Under the pieces are notes generated by a model, which had not been told where the DNA came from, did no database searches, and saw nothing but the letters and a program-made list of their open reading frames with translations. Source: Hemiscyllium ocellatum (Eukaryota). From it: a stretch of DNA of 64,000 nucleotides. The stretch covers positions 59,176,320 through 59,240,319 of the forward strand of contig NC_083412.1 of NCBI RefSeq assembly GCF_020745735.1, given 5' to 3'. This document shows positions 13,001 through 24,025 of the stretch, piece by piece. The stretch's first letter is position 1. The number at the start of each line of letters is the position of its first letter. The translations under genes and the position numbers were made by a program.

Positions 13001-13904
13001 AATTTCCCACCCAGGGTATTAGTACCCCTCTGGTTCAACTGAAGACCACCCTGTTTGTAGAGGTCCACCTTCCCCAGAATGAGCCTCAATTACCTGAAAC
13101 CCTCCCTCCTGCACCATCACTGCAGCCACGTGTTCAGCTGATATCTCTCTCTATTCTTTGCCTCACTATCACGTGGCACAGGTAACAAACCAGAGATGAT
13201 AACACTGTTTGTTCTTGCTCTCAGCTTCCATCCTAGCTCCCTAAAATCCTGCCTTACATCACTATCCCTCTTTCTGCCCATGTCATTAGTACATATGTAG
13301 ACCACGACATGGGGCTGGCCACCCTCTTCCTTCAGGACCCCAAAGACATGATCCAAGACATCATGGATCCTGGCACCTGGGAGGCAACACACCAACCGTG
13401 AGTCTCGTTGGTTCCAACAAACCCTCTATCTGACCCTCTAACAATTGAGTCCCCAGTGACTAAGACTCTCCTCCTTTCCCTCCTTCCCTTCTGTGCAACA
13501 GGGGCAGACTGTGTCAGAGAGCTTTGGTAAGTCGGCGTCACCACCGCCCCCAACAGTTTTCCAGGGGAACAACCATAGGGGATCTTTGCACTGACTGTTT
13601 TTCCCCTTTCGAACAGTTACCCAGCTTTCTTCGTGCCAAGGAGTAACTGCTTCCCTGTAAATCTTATCTATCACAGCTTCTGCCTCCCGAATGATCCAAA
13701 GTTCATCCACATCCCGCTCAAGTTCCCTAACACGGTCTTGGAGGAGTGAGGCTTAGATGCCTTCCTGCAGAACCCGAATGGGACACTAATGGTGTTCCTC
13801 ACCTCAAACATAATGCAGGAGGAACATTCCTCTCCCTGCACTGCTATCTCTGCTAGTCCCCTTTTCAAAATGTAGAAAAGAAGAGAAGCTTACGTGATGT
13901 GTCA
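10091..13904 (-). mobile_element. Nearly full-length decayed CR1 LINE (ORF1 zinc finger plus SGNH esterase; ORF2 APE endonuclease plus RT)
   Basis: ORF1: ECSSCIMFEV (13671-13868), RVLVTGDSIVRG (13332-13553), CCLPGARI and ICTNDM (13117-13395). Endonuclease: YFNARSIRNK (12803-12988), RGGGVALLVK, EDFNF and SDHN (11799-12782). RT pieces at 10180-11537. atagaac tail at 10091. Confidence 0.93.
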
Positions 13905-15487
13905 TCATGAATGTCTCTGTTTGGCTTGTCCTAGGATGAATGTGTTGTCCCTGTCAAAGTGCCGTCCTTCCTCATCTGTATGTAAGGATACTAGTGAGAG
14001 TGGGTCATGTCCTTTTGTGGCTAGTTGATGTTCATGTATCCTGGTCACTAGTTTTCTGCCTGTTTGTCCAATGTAGTGTTTGTTACTGTTCTTGCAAGGT
14101 GTTTTGTAAGTGACATTAGTTTTGCTAATCGTCTGTATAGGGTCTTTCAAGTTCATTGGCTGCTGTTTTAGTGTGTTGGTGGGTTTGTGGGCTACCATGA
14201 TGCCAAGAGGTCCGAGTAGTCTGGCAGTCATTTCTGAGATGTCTTTGATGTAGAGGAGATTGGCTAGGTTTTCTGGACATGTTTTGTTCACTTGTTGGGG
14301 TTTGTTAACTGAGAAATTGGCAGATTGTGTTCATTGGCTACCTGTTCTTTTTGAATACATGGTATAGGTGATTTTCCTCTGCTCTGCATAGTTCCTCTGT
14401 GCTGCAGTGTGTGGTGGCTTGTCAAAATAATGTTCTGATGCAGCCTAGCTTGTGGGTGTTGGGATGCTTGCTTCTGGAGTTCAGTATTTGGTCCGTATGT
14501 GTTGTTTTCCTGTAGATGCTGGTTTGAAGTTCCCCATTGGCTGTTTGCTATACTGCAACATCTAGGAATGGCAGTTTATTGTTGTTTTCCTCCTCTTTAG
14601 TAAATTTTATGCCAGTAAGGGTATTATTGATGGTCTTGAAGTTTCCTCTAATTTGTTTTGTTTGGGTCCACGTGACAGACCCAAAGTTTGGATTGGATGT
14701 TTGACAGAACTATTTGTACGAGTCTCTGCATTACTGCCTCTGCTAAGAACTCTGATATCGGAGATCCCATGGGTGTTCCGTTGGGCTGTCTGTAGGTTTT
14801 ATTATTGAAGGTGAAGTGGGTGGTAAAGCATAGGCCCATTAGCCAATGTTGACCATGCTGAGGAAGTTAGTGATGTTTGGTGGATATTTGTTTTGTTCTT
14901 CTAATAATGTAGTCAGTGCTTCCTTGGCCAGGTTGATGTTGATGGATGTGAACAGGGGTGTTACATCAAAGGAGATCATTATTTCATCCTGTTCTATCTT
15001 GGTGTCTTTGATGGTCTTCAGGAATTCTTGGGTGGAGTGGATGGAGTGGCGTGAATCTCCTACTAAGTGTTTTAGTCTTTTGTTTAGCTCCTTGGCCAAT
15101 CTGGAAGTTGATGTTCCAGGTAGCGAGACAATGGGTCTGAGGGGGGCTCCTGGTTTGTGAATTTTGGGTAATCCATAGAAGCGTGGTGTGTTGGATCCAT
15201 TTGATTTCATTTTATGAAAGTCAGTCTTATTTCTATTCATGTGTATTGAGTGTGTTTCCTTCCTTTTTCCTGCTTTGGTGCGACTATCTGTCTGATGGTT
15301 TGCTGGATTTCCTCTGTGAGTTGGTTGTCTTTTAGCATTGTTTCTAATACTGCCAAGAAATCTTTCTTGTCTGCATTCCCAAAGTTGTAATTTAATCCTC
15401 TTACTAAGACAGCTTTTTCAGTGTCTGTTAAGAGTCGGTCAGATAAGATTTGTATCCATGCTTCTGTATTGTCTGTGTTGTTATTTT

Positions 15488-16104
15488 AGAGTCATAGAGA
15501 TGTACAACATGGAAACAACTTGGGTCCAACCCATCCATGCTGACCAGATATCCCAACCCAATCTAGTCCAACCTGCTAGCACCCGGCGCATATCCCTTCA
15601 AACCCTTTCTAATCATATACCCATCCAAATGCCTCTTAAATGTTGTAGTTGTACCATTCTCCACCACTTCCTCTGGTGGTTCATTCCATACACATAGCAC
15701 CCTCTGCATGAAAATGTTGCCCCATAGGTCTCTTTTATATCTTCCCCCTCTCACCCTAAACATATGCCCTCTAGTTCTGGACTCCCCCACCCCAGGGGAA
15801 AAAACTATCCTATCCATGCCACTCATGATTTTGTAAACCTCCAAAAGGTCACCCGTCAGCCTCCGACGCTCCAGGGAAAACAGCCCCAGCCTGTTCAACT
15901 TCTCCCTATAGCTCAGATCCTCCAACCCTGGCAACATCCTTGTAAATCTTTTCTGAACCCTTTCAAGTTTCACAACATCTTTCCGATAGGAAGGAGACAA
16001 GTATTCTAATAGTGGCACGCAGTAATCTAATAATGGCCTAATCAATGTCCTGTACAGCTGCAACTTGACCTCCCAACTCCAGTACTCAGCACTCTTCTGA
16101 CCAA
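15488..16104 (-). mobile_element. 5'-truncated CR1 LINE inserted in the Penelope ORF
   Basis: ORF 15563-16135 reads KLQLYRTLIRP...KLERVQKRFTRML. The agagtcatagag tail is at 15488. Confidence 0.9.
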
Positions 16105-17619
16105 TTTGTGTAAGTTTGTCTATTGCTTTCTGCAAGTCTAGTTTTTTCGTTTTCTGTGTTTGTCGTTATCTAATGTCTACTGTTTGTTGAACTGTGTCTG
16201 TCCATTCATGGTCTGTTGCATATATGAGTAAATTTTTTGGCACAAAAATGTCCCAGTTATATTTATGAAGTCTGTTGAGGGCATCATTATTCATTTCTCT
16301 ATGCATTCTGCGACTGTTTTGCTCTGCTATTCTTTTGGCTAGTGGGGTGTTAAGGGGAGGTTTGTATTTAAGACATTTAGGTAGTATCTGTTTCCTTAGT
16401 GATTCGTTCAGGCAGTACAGCTATTTGCAGCATTCAGGCCAGTTTTAGCTTATTGCGCCCATAGACATTAACAAGTTTTGAGAAGATTTGTAGCTCAGGT
16501 TGAGGTTCTGGATGTAGGTTTGTTCACTGAGCTGGAAGGTTTGTTTTCAGATGTTTTGTTGACATACTAGATATTATTAGTGAGCCTCTAGATGAGGCAC
16601 TGGTTACATGGCCCACTTTCTTTTTATGTATTTAGGTTTCCTTGGGTTGGTGATGTCATTTGCTATAGTGACATCATTTTAGAATATAGCATATAGAACA
16701 TAGAACACTATTTTCTATGGTAATGTCATTTCCTGTTCTTTTTCTCAGGGGGTGGTAAATGGGATCCAAGTCGATGTGTTTGTTGATAGAGTTCCGGTTA
16801 GAATGCTTCTAGGAATTCTTGTGCATGTCTCTGTTTGGCTTGTCCCAGGATGGATGTGTTGTCCTTCCTCATCTGTATGGAAGGATACTCAACAACAAAC
16901 CCAAACAAGCACACAAAACACATCCAGAAACCCGAGCCACTCTTTTCTACATCAAAAATGTCTCAGAAATGACTGCCAGACTACTCAGACCTCTTGGCAT
17001 TATGGTAGCCCACAAACCTACAACACACTAAAACAGCAGCGAATGAACTTGAAAGATCCTAGACAGACAAGCAAAACTAATGTCAATTACAAAATATTTT
17101 GCAACAGCTGTAACAAACACTACGTTAGACAAACAGGCAGAAAACTAGCCACCAGGCTGTATAAACATCAACTAGTCACAAAAGGACATGACGCACTCTC
17201 ACTAGTATCCTTACATACAGATGAGGAAGAAAACCACTTTGACTGGGACAACATTGTCCATCCTAGGACAAACCAAACAGAGACACGCATGAGAGTTCCT
17301 AGAAGCATGGCATCCCACCTGAACACATTGACTTGGATCCCATTTACCACTCCCTGAAAAAAAACAGGAAATGACATTACCACAGGAAATGATGCCACCA
17401 CAGGAAATGACATCACCAACCCAAGGAAGCCTAAACACATAAAATGAAAGTGGACCATGCCACCAGTGCTTCATCCAGAGGCTCATTGATGATGTTACCT
17501 AGTATGGTGACAAAACGTCTGAAAATGAACCTTCCAGCTCAGTGAGCAAACCCACATCCAGAATAAATGCAATAATGGCATGGTTTCTCAAATAACTAGA
17601 CTTGTCCTGGAGATTGTGA

Positions 17620-18328
17620 TGTTATGAAATGGGGTAAACCCTCCTGCTTAATTTAAAACCAGCAACACAGAAAATATTTTTCCTGTGCAGTAATCTGTAA
17701 AAATTTGAGTGGCCAAGAAATATTTAAAGTAAAAATTAACAACTTTATTTCTTAAAGTATAACAGAGAATAATTAACTAACGCTATGTATAGGTCCTTAC
17801 TCTAACCTATCTTTTATCTCCCTTCTATAATACTAGTCTGATAAAACTCCCAATTAAAATTTATAAAACAAGACTTATCTCAAAACCAGGCAGTTTTTGT
17901 TTCTTTTATTTGGATCTTCCTGTGTGTTGTTTTCTTCTTCTTTGGAATTTCTGTGTCACAGGTTACTGATTGAAAAGGTACCTTTTAAGAGAGCTATTTT
18001 TAGGCAGTCTGTTTACATTCCGGGCTTGGCAGTTCTCCTTTCAACTGTTCAATTTTTCCCGGTCTTATACCCCCCAAAGCATTGGATTATGTCATTGGCT
18101 TTTCAGATTGTCAATATACTAAATACAAACCGGATTGGAGTTTGGTATTTTTCTGAGTATAATTTAAACTGATTGCCCAAATTCAAATTTGTTTTTGTCT
18201 CCAGGTAACAAGCTAATCGAGTTGTTCGACCAAGTGTTACATTGTTACCTTATTGAGAACACTTGGTGCTATGTCTGGTAGTTCTACAGCTTTTAACGCT
18301 CTTAAAATACTCTTACATCTTCATAACA
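17620..18328. mobile_element. Solo LTR (Gypsy-like), 709 bp, with 4-bp TSD GTGA
   Basis: Termini TGTTATGA...TCATAACA form a perfect 8-bp inverted repeat. GTGA occurs at 17616-17619 and 18329-18332. A related copy is at 37639. Confidence 0.85.
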
Positions 18329-18354
18329 GTGACACTGAAAAAAATGTCAATCAT

Positions 18355-18657
18355 GCGGCACGGTGGCACAGTGGTTAGCACTGCTGCCTCACAGCGCCTG
18401 TAGACCCGGGTTCAATTCCCGACTCAGGCGACTGACTGTGTGGAGTTTGCACGTTCTCCCCGTGTCTGCGTGGGTTTCCTTCGGGTGCTCCGGTTTCCTC
18501 CCACAGTTCAAAGATGTGCGGGTCAGGTGAATTGGCCAAGCTAAATTGCCCGTAGTGTTAGGTAAGGGGTAAATGTAGGGGTATGGGTGGGTTGCGCTTC
18601 GGCGGGTCGGTGTGGACTTGTTGGGCCGAAGGGCCTGTTTCCACACTGTAAGTCTAA
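18355..18657 (+). mobile_element. Full-length tRNA-derived HE1/V-type SINE
   Basis: A box TGGCACAGTGG and B box GGTTCAATTCC, then the V-domain gtgtggagtttgcacgttctccccgtgtctgcgtgggtttcc and a CR1-like tail gggccgaagggcctgtttccacactgta. Confidence 0.92.
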
Positions 18658-19743
18658 AAAACCTAGACTTGTTACAGAAGGAGAAGATAGCCCCAAATTA
18701 CCCCAGGGTTGGGTCGTTTAATCAAAATAAAGCAGTGTCTCTATTTTGCCAGGTCATTGGTAATGTTGATATTTCCCATTTGGCCTTTTTAAAGGAAGGG
18801 GTTCCTGTCTGTTCCTTACATGGCTAACATTGTCAGCTCTTTTGATAGGAGATTCCACTTCTCTAGCTCGCCATGAACCTGGTGAAATTCTGGCAGACAG
18901 AACACTGACTGCAATAAGGCATATGAATCCCAGATGGTACAAGTGTACGTCTACTTTGGGGAGGAGCATCCATGCAGGGAAAACAGCCTGTATTTCTGAA
19001 GCAAAGCTGAACTTGTTCATAAATCGTATAAGGAATGGAGAGTTCAAAAAGAGCACTGCTGAGTCCTGGGGGGTGGTATGGGAGAGGAGAAGGCTGCTGG
19101 GCAAACATATCACCTCTCCGCCCGCCCCCAACTGATATACATTTGTACATTTCAGCTACTTGGGTGGGACAAGCAAGTATCAAAGCTGTGACTTGAGATG
19201 CCTTCTGTTGAGTCTGAAATTCCCTGTAGGGTCAGCACTTGGAGAACATTGAAATTGAGACACCCACACATCAGAAAAGCATTTGAGTTATGCCAGAAAC
19301 TTGGAATGTTGAGAATCCTGTTAGAGGGTTCTTAGTGATTCAGACCTCTTGGTGTATTGGCAGATTGAATAGAATGGACATAGGAAAGTTAATGCTTGTT
19401 CATTTTAGAACAGCAAATTGAAATTGCAGCATGATATATCAATGTACAAATGCTAAATACATATGTTTGTAATCCTACCCTCTAATTTTAGCAGGTAGAG
19501 TTATAGACCAAAACATTAATGTGCTAATATCCATGATGTGATTCTTAGAACTTGAAGGACAATTAGAATCAAATACAAGAGCTAAGACAGCTTCATGGGT
19601 TGATATTTTCCCCTTGTAAGTAATGCTAATCTCCACCTCTTTCCTAGCTTTTGTCTATTCTGGGAGGTGATGATCAAGTGGTATTATCACTGACCTGTTA
19701 ATCTGGTGACCCAAGTCTGGTGACCAGGGGGCCTGGATTCAAA

Positions 19744-20934
19744 GAGTAAAAAATGAGGTCTGCAGATGCTGGAGATCACAGCTGCAAATGTGTTGCTGGT
19801 CAAAGCACAGCAGGCCAGGCAGCATCTCAGGAATAGAGAATTCGACGTTCGAGCATAAGCCCTTCATCAGGAATAAGAGAGAGAGAGCCAAGCAGGCTAA
19901 GATAAAAGGTAGGGAGGAGGGACTAGGGGGAGGGGCGATGGAGGTGGGATAGGTGGAAGGAGGTCAAGGTGAGGGTGATAGGCCGGAGTGGGGTGGGGGC
20001 GGAGAGGTCAGGAAGAGGATTGCAGGTTAGGAGGGCGGTGCTGAGTTGAGGGAACCGACTGAGACAAGGTGGGGGGAGGGGAAATGAGGAAACTGGAGAA
20101 ATCTGAATTCATACCTTGTGGTTGGAGGGTTCCCAGGCGGAAGATGAGGCGCTCCTCCTCCAGCCGTCGTGTAGTTGTGTTCTGCCGGTGGAGGAGTCCA
20201 AGGACCTGCATGTCCTCGGTGGAGTGGGAGGGAGAGTTAAAGTGTTGAGCCACGGGGTGATTGGGTTGGTTGGTTCGGGCGGCCCGGAGGTGTTCTCTGA
20301 AGCGTTCCGCAAGTAAGCGGCCTGTCTCCCCAATATAGAGGAGGCCACATCGGGTGCAGCGGATGCAATAGATGATGTGTGTGGAGGTACAGGTGAACTT
20401 GTGGCAGATATGGAAGGATCCCTTGGGGCCTTGGAGGGAAGTGAGTGTGGAGGTGTGGGCGCAAGTTTTACATTTCCTGCGGTTGCAGGGGAAGGTGCCG
20501 GGGGTGGAGGTTGGGTTGGTGGGGGGTGTGGATCTGACGAGGGAGTCACGAAGGGAGTGGTCCTTGCGGAACGCTGATAGGGGAGGGGAGGGAAATATAT
20601 CCTTGGTGGTGGGGTCCGTTTGGAGGTGGCGGAAATGGCGGCGGATGATACGTTGTATGCGGAGGTTGGTGGGGTGGTAGGTGGGAACCAGTGGGGTTCT
20701 GTCTTGGTGGCGGTTGGAGGAGCGGGGCTCAAGGGCGGAGGAGCGGGAAGTGGAGGAGATGCGGTGGAGGGCATCGTCGATCACGTCTGGGGGGAATCTG
20801 TGGTCCTTGAAGAAGGAGGCCATCTGGGCTGTGCGGTGTTGGAATTGGTCCTCCTGGGAGCAGATGCGGCGGAGACGAAGGAATTGGGAATATGGGATGG
20901 CGTTTTTACAGGGGGCAGGGTGGGAGGAGGTGTA
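19744..20934 (-). mobile_element. Young 5'-truncated Penelope-like element (Neptune-type, family 1) encoding the Cys linker and GIY-YIG endonuclease, with a hammerhead-bearing terminal repeat
   Basis: The uninterrupted 271-aa ORF 20008-20823 contains CNRRKCKTC and IIYCIRCTRCGLLYIGETGRLLAERFREH. The sequence is GC- and CpG-rich. The hammerhead-like motif is at 19840-19874. Confidence 0.93.
19840..19874 (-). ncRNA. Minimal type-I hammerhead ribozyme motif, one A missing from GAAA
   Basis: The minus strand reads ATTC-CTGATGA-A-GGGC TTAT GCTC-GAA-CGTC-GAAT. Stem I is ATTC/GAAT, stem II has 4 bp, stem III is palindromic ACGT, and the cleavage triplet is GUC. Confidence 0.75.
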
Positions 20935-21534
20935 TGGGGGAATTTGAATTCAATAAAAGTCTAGAATTAGGAGTCTGATGGTCAATGTGAAACCTGTTGT
21001 TGATAGCTGGAAAAATTCTCCTGGTTCACTAATGTCCTTTATAGTGAGGGAAACAGCCATCCTTATCTGGTCTGGCCTACACGTGACTACAGATCCGCAG
21101 CAATGCAGTTGACTCTTAACTGCCCTCTGGGCGACTAGGGATTGGCAACAAATGCTGGCCTCGTGATGCCTTCATGCTGTGAATGAATTTAAAAAGAATT
21201 AAAAATTTTGACTCCATTTTCGTTTCCAATTGAAATATTCCTTTAACCCTGGAAAGCAGTAATTACTCATGAACATTTTCATACTGGGAATCAATGGTGC
21301 TCTGTAGGCAGCTTACTGTGAACTTTAAAATTAAGCAAGTTTTGAAATATAAGACAGAATTGTAAGATGTCCTTTTTCTCCCCATCGCATTGTACCTGCA
21401 AAGTGTACTAGCATTGCCTATCTACAAACAGTTTCTCAAATCATTGGTAGCCAAATATTCATTCTTAATGTGTGAACTTAATATTTTAAGATATATTTTT
21501 GTTTAATCATTAATTTTTTTTGTCTTTTTCTTAG

Positions 21535-21942
21535 TTATTCCAGACACACTCAGTGCAACATCGGTACCCCAGACCCTAGATAAAGTTGAAGGTGACTCCC
21601 TGGAACTGGTCTGTGAAGTATCTAAACAAACAGCACAGCACACACATGTGGCTGTCACATGGTACATACAGAAGGGAAATCAGAACCTCAAGGTCATCTC
21701 TCTCACACGAGATTTCATCCTACGTTCTGGAGATTCATACAAACAAAGGCAGGCATCAGGAGATGTACGATTGGATAAGATTGGAGCGACTTCATTCAAA
21801 CTCACCATCTATAAACTGCAGGCATTTGATCAAGGAGAGTTCTACTGTGAGGCTAGAGAATGGATCCAAGATCCAGATCGGTCTTGGTTCACCATAGCTA
21901 CCAAGCGCACTGACAAAACAATTGTGAATATAAAAGCTACTG
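21535..21942 (+). CDS. IGSF3: IGSF3 internal exon encoding Ig-V domain 2 (408 nt, phase 1-1)
   Basis: Pyrimidine tract plus ttAG ends at 21534; GTAAGT donor at 21943. Translation (V)IPDTLSATSVPQTLDKVEGDSLELVCEVSKQ...HVAVTW...FYCEAREWIQDPDRSW...VNIKAT closely parallels the recalled human IGSF3 Ig2. The EWI motif is at 21858-21866. Confidence 0.93.
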
Positions 21943-22432
21943 GTAAGTGGTTGTCATTGAAAAGCTGTGATCACCATCGCTATTATAGGAGCAAGCAGAG
22001 AATAATGCATTGTGGGCATATAACATACAGTGTGAGAAAGGTAACACCAAATTAGTTAGGTCAGGTTTCTGGAGCAACAAGAAATGATTATCGCCTGAAT
22101 GCACTCTGAAAGACAGAACACATTAGCCATTGATGCCAAACAGAGAGTAAGTATGGAGCTGAGTAGAAATATTAGAGAATAACCATACACAATTACTTAT
22201 ATAAACAATTGGTTAGATAGTAGTGCCCTTAACTTATTTGTCAGTTACATTTAGCTGCACACAACTGAGTTAACATTCAACATTGATAAATTTCTCAAAC
22301 ACCATAGGCTAAGGGAAGATGCATTAAATACAGAAAGCTGTGTCAGCTTGGCTTCATGAAGTTGGCCCACCCTGGGCGGTTTTACTAACAGCAGAGCTGG
22401 ATGTTATCTGCTAGGGGCCAAAGACAGGTTCT

Positions 22433-23035
22433 ACATGAATTTGGAAAGGCAAGGTCTGACGAGGGATAGTCAGCATAGCTTTGTGATTGGGAAATTGTGT
22501 CTCAAAAATTTAATTGCGTTTTTTGAAGAGGTGGCCAAAAATATAGATTAAGGCAGAGGGGTAAAGAGTGTAGGTTTTAGGTGCTAGGGGAAAAATTTTA
22601 AAAAGACCTGAGGGGCAACATTTTCACATAGAAGGTATTTTTAGATTAGATTAGCTTCCCTACAGTATGGAAACAGGCCCTTCGGCCCAACAAGTCCACA
22701 CCAACCCTCTTAAGAGTAACCCATCCAGACCCATTCCCCTACACTATATTTACCCATGACTAATGCACCTAACATAATGGGCAATTTATCTTGGCCAATT
22801 CACCTGACCTGCACATCTTTGGATTATGGGAGGAAACTGGAGGGTGGTGAGTATATGGAATGAGCTGTCAGAGGAAATGGTAGATGCAGGTACAATTGCA
22901 ACATTTAAAAGGACATTTGGATAGGTAGATGGATAGGAAAGTTTAGACAGTTATGGGCCAAACACAGGCAAATTGGGAAATTTGGCTGGCATGGACAAGA
23001 TTGGCCGAAGAGAATGTTTCCATGCTGTATGACCT
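22433..23035 (+). mobile_element. Decayed CR1 fragments containing a minus-strand HE1-type SINE 3' part (22641-22842)
   Basis: CR1 ttttcacatagaaggt...agggtggtgagtatatgg is split by ttagattagattag...ggaaacaggcccttcggccc. Confidence 0.8.
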
Positions 23036-24025
23036 AACAGAGCAATTAGCATTGTGTCAGTGGTGCATTTACTGCTTGCCACTTGTCACTTAAGTCAAGG
23101 TGCCCTCCCTCCCAGTGAATGCCCGGGTAGAGTTGCTTTTTGTAACGCAAAGTGGGGACTACAGTTTCCCAGCAATTTCTCTTTAGGGAGTTTTCTTGTC
23201 AAGTACTGAGGCCTATTTTTTATTAAAGATGTTTCTGCTGCCATCTGGACTCTGTAGCCCCAACTCCTGGTGGTGCTGCTGAGTTTTCAACCCTCTGTAA
23301 TAAAAACAAGACAGTGGAGAAACTCAGTGGATCTGACAGTATCTGTGGGGGAATGGGGAGACAGAGCTAACTTTTTGAGTCCTAAATGACTCTTCAATTC
23401 TAATTCTAGAGATGCTCTGCTGAGACTTTTAGCTCTGCTCTAGATTTTTTTAAGTTAAAAACAGTCCCAACTACCTGTAGTGAGGGAGGAAAGGTGGTTA
23501 GTGACGACAGTTTGATAAATTGTTAAAGATCACAAGGAGAGTGAGCTGGGGAATTGATTGTAAAGGTGAGAATATTATGCTGCAGTTAAATAGTCATTGT
23601 TGAGACCACATCAATTTTGATCTCCTTATTTAAGAAAGGACATAATTGCAACATAAGTAGTTCAAAGAAGGTCCACTCAACTGATTCCTGGTATTAAGTG
23701 GTTATCTTAGAGGATAGGTTGGGTCTGTTTCGATTGAAGTTAAGAAGAATAAATAGTGTTTCTAGGAGAGACTAGACATAGGGAACACAATTTAACCAAC
23801 ACAGAATCACAGAATTATTGCAATGTGGAAGGAGCTCATACGGTCCATCCTCCCTGCACCAGCTCGGAATTTCTAGTACAGCTGTAACATAAATGAGAAG
23901 AAATTTTTCCTTTATCAAATTCTCTTCTCTGTGCTGGAGACAAGGTCATTGAACATTTTTACAACTGTATTAGATGGGTTTTTGATTAACAACAGAGTCA
24001 AGTAGGTAGTAGATAGGGAAGTAGG

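Larger units (their letters stand above)
9907..17563 (-). mobile_element. Near full-length, decayed Penelope-like element (Poseidon-type, family 2) split by two CR1 insertions
   Basis: N-terminus QILPKCLKYKPPLNTPLAKRIAEQ (about 16300-16400) and DTEKAVLVRGLNY (about 15400). RT motifs ISFDVTPLFTSI (ORF 14839-15240) and GTPMGSPISEFLAEAVM (ORF 14648-14839). GIY-YIG segment KHYIGQTGRKLVTRIHEH (ORF 13905-14291). Terminal-repeat copies at 9907-10090 and 16490-16888, plus an inverted copy at 16889-17563. Confidence 0.85.
19662..21195 (+). mobile_element. tRNA-derived SINE (family B) split by a Penelope insertion (pieces 19662-19743 and 20935-21195)
   Basis: The 5' piece ends in B-box-like ggattcaaa. 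The 3' piece matches 24120-24203 plus 25036-25209 and shares its tail with the second LINE family. Confidence 0.75.

Noticed and set aside
17360-17420. Three roughly 18-bp tandem repeats as a CRISPR-like array
   Set aside because: Eukaryotic context, no spacers, and the same repeats occur in other copies of the Penelope terminal region.
18355-18430. A/B boxes as a tRNA gene
   Set aside because: They continue into the V-domain and a LINE-derived tail and recur many times, so this is a SINE head.
20109-20964. Pro-rich and Gly-rich ORFs overlapping the Neptune ORF
   Set aside because: Shadow frames of a GC-rich coding strand with no independent signal.
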